64,000 bases of DNA from Nostoc sp. (GCA_036918135.1 JBALDB010000003.1:32001-96000), one strand, 5' to 3'. Numbered from the stretch's first letter, positions 9,677-20,511 are shown. Numbers and translations: made by a program. Notes: generated from the sequence alone by a model not told the origin.

Positions 9677-12274
9677 TCAAAACTGTACCGAAATCGTTCC
9701 CACAACACTAAAAGGCGCGCCAGGAATCACACCTAAGCGATCGCTATTTGGTGAGCCAAGATAATATTCTGTGTCGAACAAATTACGAAAGTTCAACTGC
9801 GCTCGCCAGTTGTCCCGTCGGTAGAAAATTGAACTATCAAAGCGAAGATAGCTAGGAATTAGGTAGGTGTTGGCAAGGTCGCCGGCGCGATCGCCTACAT
9901 AATAAACACCTAAACCAAATCCCAAGCCTTTTAAATCTCCTCTCTGAAGCTGATAAGTTGTCCATAAACTGGCAGTATGACGAGGCGCATTAGCAAACCG
10001 ATTTCCCACAGGAGTACTATTGTCGCTACTGACAAAGGCATCATCGTAAGCATAGGCAGCAATCACATTTAATCCTGGTAAAATTTCACCAGATACATCT
10101 AGTTCAATCCCTCGGCTTTTCACTTCTCCGGTCAAAACAGAGTAGGCTGTGTTATTCAGATCGGCTGTGGGAATATTAGTCTTTGTAATGTCATAGAAAG
10201 CCAAAGTTCCACCAAATTTGCCAAAGTCTAGTTTGGTTCCCACTTCATATTGTGTTGACCGTTGTGGTGGTGGAATATCCCCACTTATTAAGACAGCAGA
10301 ACTCGGCTCAAAACCTTTTGTGAAAGAGGCATACAACGATACAGGTTGTAAGGGTTGGTAGACAATCCCGACTCTGGGATTGAAAGCAGTGAAATTGGCT
10401 TCGGTGGGTGTTGAATTCAATCGGTTAAATTGATTTCGTTGATAATTATCGAATCGTCCACCTAACAATAACTTCAAATTATCAGCAAAAGCAATCTGGT
10501 CTTGGAGGTAGAAACCATAAGTCGTATAGTTTTCATCCCGGTTATTAGTAATAGTCAGCGTGTCCAGAGAATATCTGTCAGGGGAACGAATGGGATTAAA
10601 GATATTAATCGATGGATACGAACCACCTGCACCAACTGCAAACTTCAAGTCCGTGTTAATTTCCTTGCCATACTCAAACCCAGTTAACAACTTATGCTGT
10701 ATGGAACCAGTCTTGAAGTTACCCAGGATATCTAAGTTATTGAAATAACTGCGGTAAAGACCTTCCGCAGCATAGGTACGACGCGTCAACTCTCCCGTTG
10801 TTTCATTCAAACCTGCGAAAATTGGATAGAGGCGACCAAGATTAAACCACTTAGCAAAGAAGGTATTGCGAACTGACCAATTCTGGCTCAACTGATGATC
10901 TAATGTGGTAGTCAAGTTATACTTGCGAACGCTATTTTTACCAAAAGGTTCGTTTATCCCATCGGTTTCACTGAAATAGCGCGAGATCGGAATCGCTGCA
11001 ATTCCACGACCAATGGAGGGAATACCTTGATCGACCGAAGTATCAGCATCGATAAACTCAAACTCCACTGTTAATTTTGTCGCGGGTGAAATGTTCCACT
11101 GCACAGTTGGTGTAAAGAAATAACTCTCGCGGTTGACTCCATCGCGGAAACTGAGGGTTTGTTCGTAAGAGCCGATAAAGCGATATAAAAGGGTTTTATC
11201 TGCGTTCAACGGCCCAGAAATATCTAAGGAAGGTCGATACAAACCGAAACTACCCGCCGAGAATGATAAGTTGTAGTAAGGTTCGTTCAGTGGCTTTTTG
11301 GTGACTAGGTTGACGATTCCACCAGGAGATCCTTGTCCAAATAACACACCCGCAGGCCCTTTTAATACTTCAATCCGCTCTAAATTATCTGTTGTAACCA
11401 GGTCATATTGAAAAGGGTTTACACTACCATTTTTAAAATAGCTACCAGTATCAAAACCGCGAATATTAATTTGTTCGGTAACGCCTTGATAAACAGAAGC
11501 ATTGACACCACTCACATTTTGCAGTGCTTGATTAACTTGGGTAACAGCACGGTCTTCAATTATTTGGCGGGGAATAACTTGAACTGAAGCCGGAATATCA
11601 CGTAGAGGAGTATCTGTCTTAGTTGCAGTTGACGCATCCTGGGCGCGATATCCATCTTGTTCGCCCGTCACTACAAGTTCAATCGGCTCATCTTGCTGTG
11701 CTGCTGGTTCTTGCTGCGGTGTAGGGAGTGCTGGCTTTTCCTGGGCTTGGGGTGTTTGAGGTGGCTGCGTTGCTGTTGCAGCAGAAGTTATACCGAAAAC
11801 CAGACCTGCATCATCATCATATAACTCAACTGTAGGCAAAGTTTTCTCACCCACTACTGTGACTCGCACAGTATTTGCATCAAGATTATTTACTGTTATT
11901 TCAGTAATTTCCGCAAGCGGTTTCTCGGAACGAAATGTATAAGTATCGCCCGATGGTAAACGCAATTGTCCGCCAGATACATCAACAATAAAATTATTAC
12001 CAACACTGCGATTTGTAACTTGCAGTTGAGTCCCAGCAGTTGTCTCTAGAATTATTTCCACACCTTTATCAGTGGGATTTGCCTTAACTCCTGTGATTGG
12101 TACTATTTCTGTTGCAGGTGTTATTTGTGGTGTAGACGACTGCACTAGTAAGGGTTGGGTATCTGATTTAACTTGTGCTGACACAGGCACAATAACCGAA
12201 GCACTCAAACATCCTGATAGACTCAGCGCCAGCCACAACTGAAAACTGTTAGATAACCACCAACTCTTCATCAC
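9677..12274 (-). CDS. TonB-dependent siderophore receptor with N-terminal AMIN domain
   Basis: Signal peptide, AMIN domain, 'ELVVTG', plug 'ATKTDTPLRDIPASVQV...ERIEVLKGPA', terminal Phe. Confidence 0.95.
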   Translation of the reverse strand: MMKSWWLSNSFQLWLALSLSGCLSASVIVPVSAQVKSDTQPLLVQSSTPQITPATEIVPITGVKANPTDKGVEIILETTAGTQLQVTNRSVGNNFIVDVSGGQLRLPSGDTYTFRSEKPLAEITEITVNNLDANTVRVTVVGEKTLPTVELYDDDAGLVFGITSAATATQPPQTPQAQEKPALPTPQQEPAAQQDEPIELVVTGEQDGYRAQDASTATKTDTPLRDIPASVQVIPRQIIEDRAVTQVNQALQNVSGVNASVYQGVTEQINIRGFDTGSYFKNGSVNPFQYDLVTTDNLERIEVLKGPAGVLFGQGSPGGIVNLVTKKPLNEPYYNLSFSAGSFGLYRPSLDISGPLNADKTLLYRFIGSYEQTLSFRDGVNRESYFFTPTVQWNISPATKLTVEFEFIDADTSVDQGIPSIGRGIAAIPISRYFSETDGINEPFGKNSVRKYNLTTTLDHQLSQNWSVRNTFFAKWFNLGRLYPIFAGLNETTGELTRRTYAAEGLYRSYFNNLDILGNFKTGSIQHKLLTGFEYGKEINTDLKFAVGAGGSYPSINIFNPIRSPDRYSLDTLTITNNRDENYTTYGFYLQDQIAFADNLKLLLGGRFDNYQRNQFNRLNSTPTEANFTAFNPRVGIVYQPLQPVSLYASFTKGFEPSSAVLISGDIPPPQRSTQYEVGTKLDFGKFGGTLAFYDITKTNIPTADLNNTAYSVLTGEVKSRGIELDVSGEILPGLNVIAAYAYDDAFVSSDNSTPVGNRFANAPRHTASLWTTYQLQRGDLKGLGFGLGVYYVGDRAGDLANTYLIPSYLRFDSSIFYRRDNWRAQLNFRNLFDTEYYLGSPNSDRLGVIPGAPFSVVGTISVQF

Positions 12275-12310
12275 AACTCCTCAAACACCAACTTGCTGAA
12301 CCTGACTTGA

Positions 12311-12334
12311 TTGATAATTAATAATTCTTATCAA
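12311..12334. promoter_or_regulatory. Putative Fur box upstream of the TonB receptor
   Basis: TTGATAATTAATAATTCTTATCAA, a near-palindrome resembling GATAATGATAATCATTATC. Confidence 0.55.
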
Positions 12335-12400
12335 GAAGCTTACAGGAATGCTTTAGCGTATGAGAGTGAATTATGGTCGTTAGAGGGAATTTTTTGAACG

Positions 12401-13393
12401 CTAGGGGGAATTCTTTCGGTTAGTTAAATATTCTTTAGGATTAACTCCAAATTTTTTTCTAAAAGCAGATGCAAAATAACTGCGACTAGCAAAACCCACT
12501 ATTCGCGCTACTTCTACAACATTCATATCTCCTGTTTGCAATAGTTGTCGTGCTTTTTCGAGGCGGTAGTCATGTAAGTAGTGAAAAGCAGTTGTACCAA
12601 AGGCGAGACGGAAACCCCGCTTTAGAGTACATTCATTCAAACCTACTTGTCGTGACAAATTTACCAAAGAGGGAGGATTATCAAGATTTTGCAATAAAAT
12701 TTCTCTTGCATGGTGCAGGCGTTCTAAATCATCTGATTTCAGAGAATAAGTCGAATTTTTATATTTTCGCGCCTCTATCTCTTGTTCCACCAATAACGCC
12801 ATTAGATCCAAAACTCTTGCTTCCAAGTACATGCGTTTAGTTATGCCGTGGTAAGGACATTGTAAAATTTGCTGTAAGCAAGCTTGCATTTGAGGAGTAA
12901 TTTGTCCAGAATTTTGATAATAAATCCGATTTTTTACTGCAATTAAATGCTGTAATTCTATTGGTAAATCTCCCGATTTATCGCCAATAAATGAACGAAA
13001 AACCTCTGGTTCTATGTGAACATTAATATGTTTGTGGTCTCCTGATGATGATTTACAATATTCTTGCGGTGCAATTCCACTACCGCATAAACTATATTCT
13101 TTGGTATTAATAGAAAAAAATGGACTTGTATAACTTCCACTGAGTTGAAAATTGTATTCTAGGGGATGTTTTCGTTCCTGATGATGAAGAATTATTCCAT
13201 CGAAGTTGTGGTAGTCGCCAATGTTTAACTCGATTCCCTGCCTTAGCCGAATGAATCGTGAGTAACCTTGACCTAATTGCTGAGGATACTTGTAGATAAT
13301 GTCTAAGTCATCATTAGGGTCAAATTTACTTACATTACCCGCATTTTCATCCCAGAGTTCCCAGTAAGCTTGGCGTGAAATTGTTACTGTCAT
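12401..13393 (-). CDS. AraC family regulator (PchR-like)
   Basis: C-terminal HTH 'PPSLVNLSRQVGLNECTLKRGF...VGFASRSYFASAFRKKFGVNP'. Confidence 0.92.
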   Translation of the reverse strand: MTVTISRQAYWELWDENAGNVSKFDPNDDLDIIYKYPQQLGQGYSRFIRLRQGIELNIGDYHNFDGIILHHQERKHPLEYNFQLSGSYTSPFFSINTKEYSLCGSGIAPQEYCKSSSGDHKHINVHIEPEVFRSFIGDKSGDLPIELQHLIAVKNRIYYQNSGQITPQMQACLQQILQCPYHGITKRMYLEARVLDLMALLVEQEIEARKYKNSTYSLKSDDLERLHHAREILLQNLDNPPSLVNLSRQVGLNECTLKRGFRLAFGTTAFHYLHDYRLEKARQLLQTGDMNVVEVARIVGFASRSYFASAFRKKFGVNPKEYLTNRKNSP

Positions 13394-13554
13394 TATCTGT
13401 ATACTGTATTTAAATGAGAATCATATTTATTAAGCATACAGATAATGTTGGTAATAATGAATCAGGTAAGAGCGATCGCAATACCTGCCCATTTTCTCAT
13501 GTTTCATATCTAGCAAGCTTTTTGCCGTTTTCTATCGTCGAACTCACGTTAGTA

Positions 13555-14330
13555 TTAGAACTGCCATGAAACCGTACCCAGAACCGTAAACGGCGCGCCA
13601 GGAAATACACCGTTTTCACTATTAGCGCTTTCAAAGTAGTAAACATCAAACAAGTTCTTAAAATTCAGCCCAACTTGCCAGTTATCACGACGGTAAAAGA
13701 TTGCTGCATCCGTTCGCACATAGCTGGGTAATGTAAACGTATTGGGTAAGTCTCCCTGGCGATCGCCAACAAAAAACAATCCGCCTGCAAATCCAAAACC
13801 TTTCAAACCTCCAGTTTGAATTTCATAGGTTGTCCATAAACTGGCACTATTTCGGGCAACATTATTCGGCTGATTTCCCTTGTACTCTGGTCTGGTATCT
13901 TCAGTAATTTCAGTAATTCCCGCTAATGGTTTTTCTGAACGGAATGTGTAGGCCTCACCAGTAGGTAAACTTAGTTGAGCATTGGGAATATCAGCAATAA
14001 AATTATTACCAGTGCTACGGTTTAGGACTTGTAACTGTTCCCCAAGGGAAGTCTGTGAAATTATCTCCACACCTTTAGCAGTGGGATTAGCTTTGACTCC
14101 TATAATGTGAACTAATTCTGGTGTTGGGGACTGTACAAGTTTTTCGGCATTAGTGAGCAGATGGTCAATCTCACTCAGGTACGGGATTTTAGTAATTGGT
14201 GCTGGTTGCTCCCGATGCAAAGCAGCTTGTCGTCAGACCTCGCCCCACAGTATGTTGCATCATCCAGCACACTGCTAGTATGCCTGCATAGCCCAGCCAG
14301 TTGATTCCATAATTTTTGTTAAATTTAATA
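13555..14330 (-). pseudogene. TonB-dependent receptor with a ~1.9 kb internal deletion and a disrupted 5' end
   Basis: AMIN domain joined directly to the last barrel strands (...AGITEITEDTRPEYKGNQPNNV...GTVSWQF); signal-peptide-like sequence upstream is out of frame. Confidence 0.85.
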
Positions 14331-14384
14331 CTTGCCTCACACTCAAATCACTTATGCGATTGTCGTCAATAACGCAGATATCTC

Positions 14385-14466
14385 TCAAGTTAATAAGAAA
14401 TATTCTTATCTACTTGATAATTAACTCTATAGGAAAGTACATCTTAATTGCAAATAATTATCAAAA
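14385..14466. promoter_or_regulatory. Putative Fur-box-like AT-rich palindromes
   Basis: ATAAGAAATATTCTTAT and TTGCAAATAATTATCAA upstream of the TonB pseudogene. Confidence 0.4.
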
Positions 14467-14789
14467 ATTCTTAATAATGGCTGTTCAAAAATTGCACAAA
14501 TTCGCCAAAATTAAAGTTTTGTTGGCTAAATTGAATCAGCAATTTTACTCTATCTAGATAAAAAAATTTCTATTAAGTATATAGTTTTAGAAATAAAGAT
14601 TATTTATCAGATAAAATTTTGATTTGGTAAATTTTATTACCATAATTTACGCATTGACAGAAAACACTAAATGTAATGGTAAGATTTCAGGCATTCAATG
14701 TTGATTTTTTGACGATTTTGAAGCGATCGCTATCTCCAAAAAAACTTAACATTAACTTTAGAAGTGCTAACTCTTTATCAGACAAGCTC

Positions 14790-16064
14790 ATGGCTTACTA
14801 TATTGCTCCTCGCTTTCTGGACAAACTTGCTGTCCACATCACCAAAAACTTCTTGAAGCTTCCAGGTGTGCGAGTACCCTTGATTTTGGGTATTCACGGG
14901 CGTAAAGGTGAGGGTAAAACCTTTCAATGCGAGTTAGTCTTCGAGAAAATGGGTATCGAAGTAACTCACATATCAGGCGGCGAATTGGAAAGTCCAGATG
15001 CAGGAGATCCAGCACGGTTGATTCGGCTGCGCTACCGCGAAACAGCAGAACTAATCAAAGTACGCGGTAAAATGTGCGTGCTGATGATTAACGATTTAGA
15101 TGCGGGTGCTGGACGCTTCGATGAAGGTACTCAATATACTGTAAATACGCAGTTGGTGAATGCCACACTAATGAATATTGCTGATAATCCCACAGATGTG
15201 CAGTTACCTGGAAGCTATGATTCCACGCCTTTACGTCGTGTACCGATTATTGTCACAGGTAATGATTTTTCCACCCTCTATGCACCGTTAATTCGAGATG
15301 GAAGGATGGAGAAATTTTACTGGGAACCAAACCGAGACGACAAAGTGGGAATTGTCCGTGGGATTTTTGAACAGGATGGACTGTCGCAACGGGAAGTTGA
15401 ACAGCTAGTTGATACTTTTGTTAATCAGTCCATCGACTTTTTTAGCGCTTTGCGATCGCGCATTTATGATGAACAAATCCGCAACTATATCCATCAAGTA
15501 GGTTTTGAGCGTGTATCCTTGAGTGTGGTTAATAGCGTTGAAGGGCCACCAGAATTTAAAAAGCCAAATTTCAGCTTGTCTCACTTAATCGAGTCTGCTA
15601 ACTTGATGGTTGGCGAACAAAAACGAGTGGAAAATTCCCATTTGGTTGATGATTACAATCGACTCAATCGAGGTAGAAATTCTCAATCTGCACCACCTAC
15701 TGCTGTGACACCAATCAGTCAGCCGTTAAGCAATGGCGTCACCAAAGAAGCAAAAACTAACCAATTCCAAAAACAGCAAGTATCAAGTCCACATTTGACC
15801 TTAGAGACACAAGCACAAATTAGGGAATTATTGGCTGAAGGTTACAAAATTAGTATTGAACACGTTGATGAGCGCCGTTTCCGCACAGGTTCTTGGCAAA
15901 CTTGTGTTCATAGCCACATCGATGCCGAGTCGGATGCAATCTCAAACTTGGAATCAACTTTAGCAGAATATAGCGGTGAGTACGTACGCTTGGTAGGTAT
16001 CGATCCGAAAGCCAAGCGACGGGTTTTAGAGACAATTATTCAACGACCAAATGGGAAAAATTAG
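14790..16064 (+). CDS. rca: Rubisco activase (AAA+ with C-terminal RbcS-like domain)
   Basis: 'GIHGRKGEGKT', 'INDLDAGAGR', 'TGNDFSTLYAPLIRDGRMEKFYW'; C-terminal 'EHVDERRFRTGSW...EYVRLVGID'; start MAYYIAPRF preferred. Confidence 0.93.
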   Translation: MAYYIAPRFLDKLAVHITKNFLKLPGVRVPLILGIHGRKGEGKTFQCELVFEKMGIEVTHISGGELESPDAGDPARLIRLRYRETAELIKVRGKMCVLMINDLDAGAGRFDEGTQYTVNTQLVNATLMNIADNPTDVQLPGSYDSTPLRRVPIIVTGNDFSTLYAPLIRDGRMEKFYWEPNRDDKVGIVRGIFEQDGLSQREVEQLVDTFVNQSIDFFSALRSRIYDEQIRNYIHQVGFERVSLSVVNSVEGPPEFKKPNFSLSHLIESANLMVGEQKRVENSHLVDDYNRLNRGRNSQSAPPTAVTPISQPLSNGVTKEAKTNQFQKQQVSSPHLTLETQAQIRELLAEGYKISIEHVDERRFRTGSWQTCVHSHIDAESDAISNLESTLAEYSGEYVRLVGIDPKAKRRVLETIIQRPNGKN

Positions 16065-16131
16065 CAGTCGGTAAGTTGGGAGTGATGTCTGTTGATTCGC
16101 CACTATAGGTTTCAAAAAAGTCATACTGAGT

Positions 16132-16220
16132 TAAGGGACTGACAAATAAAAAATATCCTACTGTTCGCAGTCAACACTCATCAACTTCAAATGAAATAAT
16201 TTATTTCTTGGAGTTTGCTA
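16132..16220. repeat. Short MITE-like element, family C, copy 1
   Basis: Reverse complement aligns with 30562-30658 (ACTCCAA.AAATAAATTATT...TTGAAGTTGATGA.TGTTGACTG...GGATATTTTTT). Confidence 0.7.
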
Positions 16221-16226
16221 ATAAGT

Positions 16227-16255
16227 GCGTTGGTGCAGTCCGTCGTAGGGATCGC
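16227..16255. repeat. 21-nt small dispersed repeat inserted in a HIP1 site
   Basis: GCG-[TTGGTGCAGTCCGTCGTAGGG]-ATCGC; removing the 21 nt restores GCGATCGC. Confidence 0.65.
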
Positions 16256-16287
16256 TCTTTCAATTGATTCAGAGGTAATAAAAAATT

Positions 16288-16347
16288 AATACCGTTCAAT
16301 TAAGGAAAGTTGTAGGTTAAGCTTTTTGACTCTAACTGAACTGTATT
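16288..16347. repeat. Short inverted-repeat element
   Basis: AATACCGTTCAATTA...TAACTGAACTGTATT. Confidence 0.55.
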
Positions 16348-16487
16348 ACATTAGAAATCTCAAATCAGTAACGCTTTTTTACTTAATTACTCAGTCCTCC
16401 GACTTGCTTATACCCCAATGTAGATTTACTATCAGGATTCAGCCTTTACATTAATAAATAAGAGGACATTTAGGAGATTAGTTATTT

Positions 16488-17246
16488 ATGCCTGATGAAC
16501 ATAGCTTAGAGGAAAAATTATTATCCCAGGAAGCTGAAAGAAAAATATCCGAAAAATTAGACGAAGTAGAACAAATAGAAATAGATGTACAAACCGATTT
16601 GTTGAAAATAGCTCAAGGACAAGCGGATGGCGTTTCAGTTGCAGGTGAAGGATTAGTTATTCAACAAGACATTCGCGTACAGGAGATAAAACTGCAAACA
16701 GATAGTATTAATATCGATCCCTTAAGTGTTATTTTCGGTCAAATAAAACTTAACCAGCCAGTAAATGCTATTGCTAAGATTACACTCACACAAGCAGATA
16801 TTAACCGCGCTTTGTCGTCAGAGTTGGTTCGCGAACAGATGCAAAGCCTAGAGTTGGATGTAGATGGTCAAATTGTGAGTTTGGAGTTACAAAAAATTCA
16901 GGTATTTTTACCTGGTGCTGGCAAAATGGAATTTAGAGGAAAGGTGTTGTTAAAGGAAATGGGAAATACTCGCCCTTTAGCTTACACTGCGATCGCTACT
17001 CCACGTACCGATTCACAACCCATAATGTTGGAGAGTTTTAATTGCACTGAGGGGAATGGTATTTCAATAGAACTAATCACAGCATTAATGCACAAAGCCA
17101 AAGAATTTATCAATTTACCATATTATACATGGGAAGATATGAAATTTACTATCAAAGAGCTAAAAGTAGAAATTGGTAATTTAATACTTACGGTAGAAAC
17201 TCAAGTCAGGCAAATACCTTCATCGTCAAATGTACTATCTCTTTAG
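16488..17246 (+). CDS. DUF2993/LmeA-like protein
   Basis: 'IDVQTDLLKIAQGQADGVSVAGEG...KITLTQADINRAL'. Confidence 0.75.
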   Translation: MPDEHSLEEKLLSQEAERKISEKLDEVEQIEIDVQTDLLKIAQGQADGVSVAGEGLVIQQDIRVQEIKLQTDSINIDPLSVIFGQIKLNQPVNAIAKITLTQADINRALSSELVREQMQSLELDVDGQIVSLELQKIQVFLPGAGKMEFRGKVLLKEMGNTRPLAYTAIATPRTDSQPIMLESFNCTEGNGISIELITALMHKAKEFINLPYYTWEDMKFTIKELKVEIGNLILTVETQVRQIPSSSNVLSL

Positions 17247-17458
17247 TAGTATTAGTGTTAGTACAAGATTGCCCAAATAAACCAACCATCTAAAATAGGC
17301 AAAAAGCTTCTAGAATAAGACTTCTTTGTTTTGCTTTTTAAGTTTTTACCTTTGTATTCCTGTACTAGTTCAAGATATTTTTTGTTACCGATGGATGATT
17401 TTAATTTCGTTAAAATTCATTAAGCTTTATAAAGCTACTTAATTTAAAAGTAACGACT

Positions 17459-19153
17459 ATGCAAGAGTATGATGTTGTGCTGATTGGTGCTGGACACAAC
17501 GGGTTAGTTTGTGCAGCTTATTTGTTGAAAGCTGGTTATAGCGTCCTGTTACTAGAAAAGCGTTCTGTTCCAGGCGGTGCAGCAACAACTGAAGAATGTT
17601 TGCCACAAGAAGCTCCTGGATTTAAATTTAACTTGTGTGCTATTGACCATGAATTTATTCACTTGGGGCCAGTTGTTGAAGAATTAGAACTAGAAAAATA
17701 CGGTTTGCATTATCTAGAGTGCGATCCGGTTGTTTTTTGTCCACATCCCGATGGCAAATATTTTTTAGGACACAAGTCCGTGGAAAAGACTTGTGCAGAA
17801 ATTGCTCGTTATAATGAGCGCGATGCCAAAAAATACGCAGAATTTATTGACTTTTGGCAAAGGGCGCTGGGTGCAATGATTCCGATGTTTAATGCACCGC
17901 CGAAGTCAATTATAGACATCCTTGGTAACTACGACATTACAAAACTCAAAGATTTATTTTCTGTGATTGGTTCCCCAAACAAAACACTCGACTTTATTCG
18001 CACCATGTTAAACAGTGGTGAAGATTTACTTAATGAGTGGTTTGATTCCGAATTCCTCAAAGCGCCACTAGCAAGATTAGCAGCAGAACTTGGTGCGCCG
18101 CCATCACAAAAAACCCTTGCTATTGGTGCAATTATGATGGCAATGCGTCATAATCCAGGTATGGCAAGACCTCGCGGCGGAACTGGTGCACTTGTGCAAG
18201 CTTTGGTCAATTTAGTCAAGAGTAAAGGTGGCGTTATTCTCACAGACCAGCATGTAGAGAAAATTTTAATTGATAATGGAAAAGCTGTAGGTGTGCGAGT
18301 CGCTGGTAATAAAGAATATCGTGCCAAACATGGGGTAATTTCTAATATTGATGCTCAGCGCTTGTTCTTACAAATGACTGATAAAAGCGAAGTTGATGCA
18401 GTAGATCCAGAATTATACGAAAGATTAGAACGCCGCATCGTTAACAACAATGAAACTATCCTCAAGATAGATTTGGCATTAAACGAACCACTGCATTTTC
18501 CATACCACGCGCACAAAGACGAATATCTGGTTGGTTCTATCTTAATTGCAGATTCGATGGCTCATGTAGAACAGGCTCATAGTAAATGTACCTTGGGAGA
18601 AATTCCGGATGCTGACCCATCAATGTATGTGGTGATGCCTAGCTACTTAGACTCCACATTAGCACCATCAGGCAAGCATACTCTGTGGATTGAGTTTTTC
18701 GCTCCCTATCAAATTGCAGGTGCAGAAGGCACAGGTTTGAAAGGTACGGGTTGGACAGACGAATTAAAAAATAAAGTTGCAGACAGGGTGGTTGATAAGT
18801 TGGCAAATTATGCGCCTAATGTCAAAAATGCAACTATCGCCCGTCGTGTAGAAAGTCCAGCAGAACTAGGAGAAAGATTAGGTGCATACAAAGGGAATTA
18901 TTACCATGTTGACATGACCTTGGATCAAATGATATTTTTCCGTCCCTTGCCAGAAATAGCAAACTACAAAACCCCAATTGAAAATTTATTTCTGACTGGC
19001 GCAGGAACTCATCCAGGGGGTTCCATTTCCGGAATGCCAGGACGCAATTGTGCCCGCGTATTTTTGCAAGCAAAGCATCCCATTAGTCAAACTTTAAAGG
19101 ATGCACGGGATTCAATTAAGTCCACTGTCGGGTCAGTATTGGGTATTATTTAA
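17459..19153 (+). CDS. crtO: Beta-carotene ketolase CrtO (CrtI-like flavoprotein)
   Basis: 'YDVVLIGAGHNGLVCAAYL', 'FNLCAIDHEFIHLGPV', 'GAGTHPGGSISGMPG'. Confidence 0.88.
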   Translation: MQEYDVVLIGAGHNGLVCAAYLLKAGYSVLLLEKRSVPGGAATTEECLPQEAPGFKFNLCAIDHEFIHLGPVVEELELEKYGLHYLECDPVVFCPHPDGKYFLGHKSVEKTCAEIARYNERDAKKYAEFIDFWQRALGAMIPMFNAPPKSIIDILGNYDITKLKDLFSVIGSPNKTLDFIRTMLNSGEDLLNEWFDSEFLKAPLARLAAELGAPPSQKTLAIGAIMMAMRHNPGMARPRGGTGALVQALVNLVKSKGGVILTDQHVEKILIDNGKAVGVRVAGNKEYRAKHGVISNIDAQRLFLQMTDKSEVDAVDPELYERLERRIVNNNETILKIDLALNEPLHFPYHAHKDEYLVGSILIADSMAHVEQAHSKCTLGEIPDADPSMYVVMPSYLDSTLAPSGKHTLWIEFFAPYQIAGAEGTGLKGTGWTDELKNKVADRVVDKLANYAPNVKNATIARRVESPAELGERLGAYKGNYYHVDMTLDQMIFFRPLPEIANYKTPIENLFLTGAGTHPGGSISGMPGRNCARVFLQAKHPISQTLKDARDSIKSTVGSVLGII

Positions 19154-19192
19154 ATCCCAATGTAGATCGCATAGTCTCATGACGCTTACTTA

Positions 19193-19228
19193 CCCTCAGA
19201 TTTTTTGAATCTGGGGGAATTTTATTTT
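19193..19228 (+). terminator. Probable intrinsic terminator after crtO
   Basis: CCCTCAGATT...AATCTGGGGG followed by a T-rich tract. Confidence 0.5.
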
Positions 19229-19271
19229 CTACTTCTGCTTGTTTAAGCACCGTCTCTACAATAAATGTAGC

Positions 19272-19386
19272 TAGGACTTACACAAGAATTCTCTAAAACT
19301 CTTATCCCTTCGTATCCTTTGCGTTCTTCTGGTGCATCCATACTTGCGTTCGTGGTTCGTTTTTTGATAATTTTGCGTAAGTTTTA
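19272..19386. repeat. Inverted-repeat element (TAGGACTTAC...GCGTAAGT)
   Basis: Imperfect terminal inverted repeats around low-complexity internal repeats. Confidence 0.5.
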
Positions 19387-19737
19387 CTTTGTTTAAAATC
19401 TAAATGGAATTGCTGTATAAAGTTTAATTGTTGAGCAACAGAAAGAAATAAACTTATTTTTACTATATCTGAGTCTGACCAACGGTAGAGTATTTTATCT
19501 TCACAAAGTAATATAACAGGAAACGGTAAGAAATCAACACTCAGGAATCAGAAGTTATAATTCGTATATTAATTTATCAAATATTTTTCCGATTGTTGAA
19601 CTGGTTTAATTCTTGGAATTTGTGAGCAGTAAAAGCTCTGCTACAAAGTTTTCTCTAAATTATGACTTTTATTCTTATAGTTTAGAATCATTTATAAATT
19701 CTAGAAAACATCAAAATACTTTAGAAGGAGAAAGTCG

Positions 19738-20511
19738 ATGAAGAAACTAGAAGGAAAGGTAGCTTTAGTAACTGGTAGCAGCGGCGGAATTGGTCAAGCT
19801 ATTGCTGTACATCTTGCCCAACAAGGTGCAAATATTGTAATTGACTACCGTTCTCATCCTGAAGGCGCTCAAGAAACTCTGTCGAAAGTAGAAGCAGCTG
19901 GTAGCAAAGGCTTAACTATTAAAGCCGACTTGAGTATAATTAGCGATATCCGCCAACTTATAGACCAGGGTATTCAACACTTTGGCAAGCTAGATATTCT
20001 CGTGAACAATGCTGGAATCGATGGTCGAAATGCTGACTTCTGGGACATCAGCGAAGCTGACTATGACGCAATAATCGATCTCAACCTTAAAGGTACGTTT
20101 TTCGCTACTCAAGCGATAGTACAGCACTTTATCGAAACCAAGCGAACTGGTAAAATCATCAATATTAGCTCCACCCATGAGGAAATAGCATTCCCCCACT
20201 TCACTGGCTACTGTGTTAGCAAGGGTGGTGTAAAGATGATGATGCGTAACTTAGCAGTTGAACTTGGGCCTCTAGGAATAACAATTAATAATGTAGCCCC
20301 AGGAGCAATTGAAACACCAATCAATAGTAAGCTGTTAAATGACCCCGAAAAATTGGGAGCGTTGTTGAAAAATATTCCTTTAGGTCGTTTAGGTAAGCCA
20401 GAGGATATCGCACCTATAGTTGGCTTCTTAGCCTCAGCCGATGCTGATTACATTACAGGGGCAACCTTTTATGTAGATGGAGGACTCAGCCGGAACTATC
20501 ATGAGCAGTAG
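19738..20511 (+). CDS. SDR oxidoreductase, glucose 1-dehydrogenase-like
   Basis: 'VTGSSGGIG', 'NNAG', YxxxK 'YCVSKGG', 'VAPGAIETPIN'. Confidence 0.88.
   Translation: MKKLEGKVALVTGSSGGIGQAIAVHLAQQGANIVIDYRSHPEGAQETLSKVEAAGSKGLTIKADLSIISDIRQLIDQGIQHFGKLDILVNNAGIDGRNADFWDISEADYDAIIDLNLKGTFFATQAIVQHFIETKRTGKIINISSTHEEIAFPHFTGYCVSKGGVKMMMRNLAVELGPLGITINNVAPGAIETPINSKLLNDPEKLGALLKNIPLGRLGKPEDIAPIVGFLASADADYITGATFYVDGGLSRNYHEQ

Noticed and set aside
14354..14557. Small ORFs in AT-rich spacers and other short ORFs overlapping larger genes
   Set aside because: No motifs; they overlap regulatory DNA or well-supported genes
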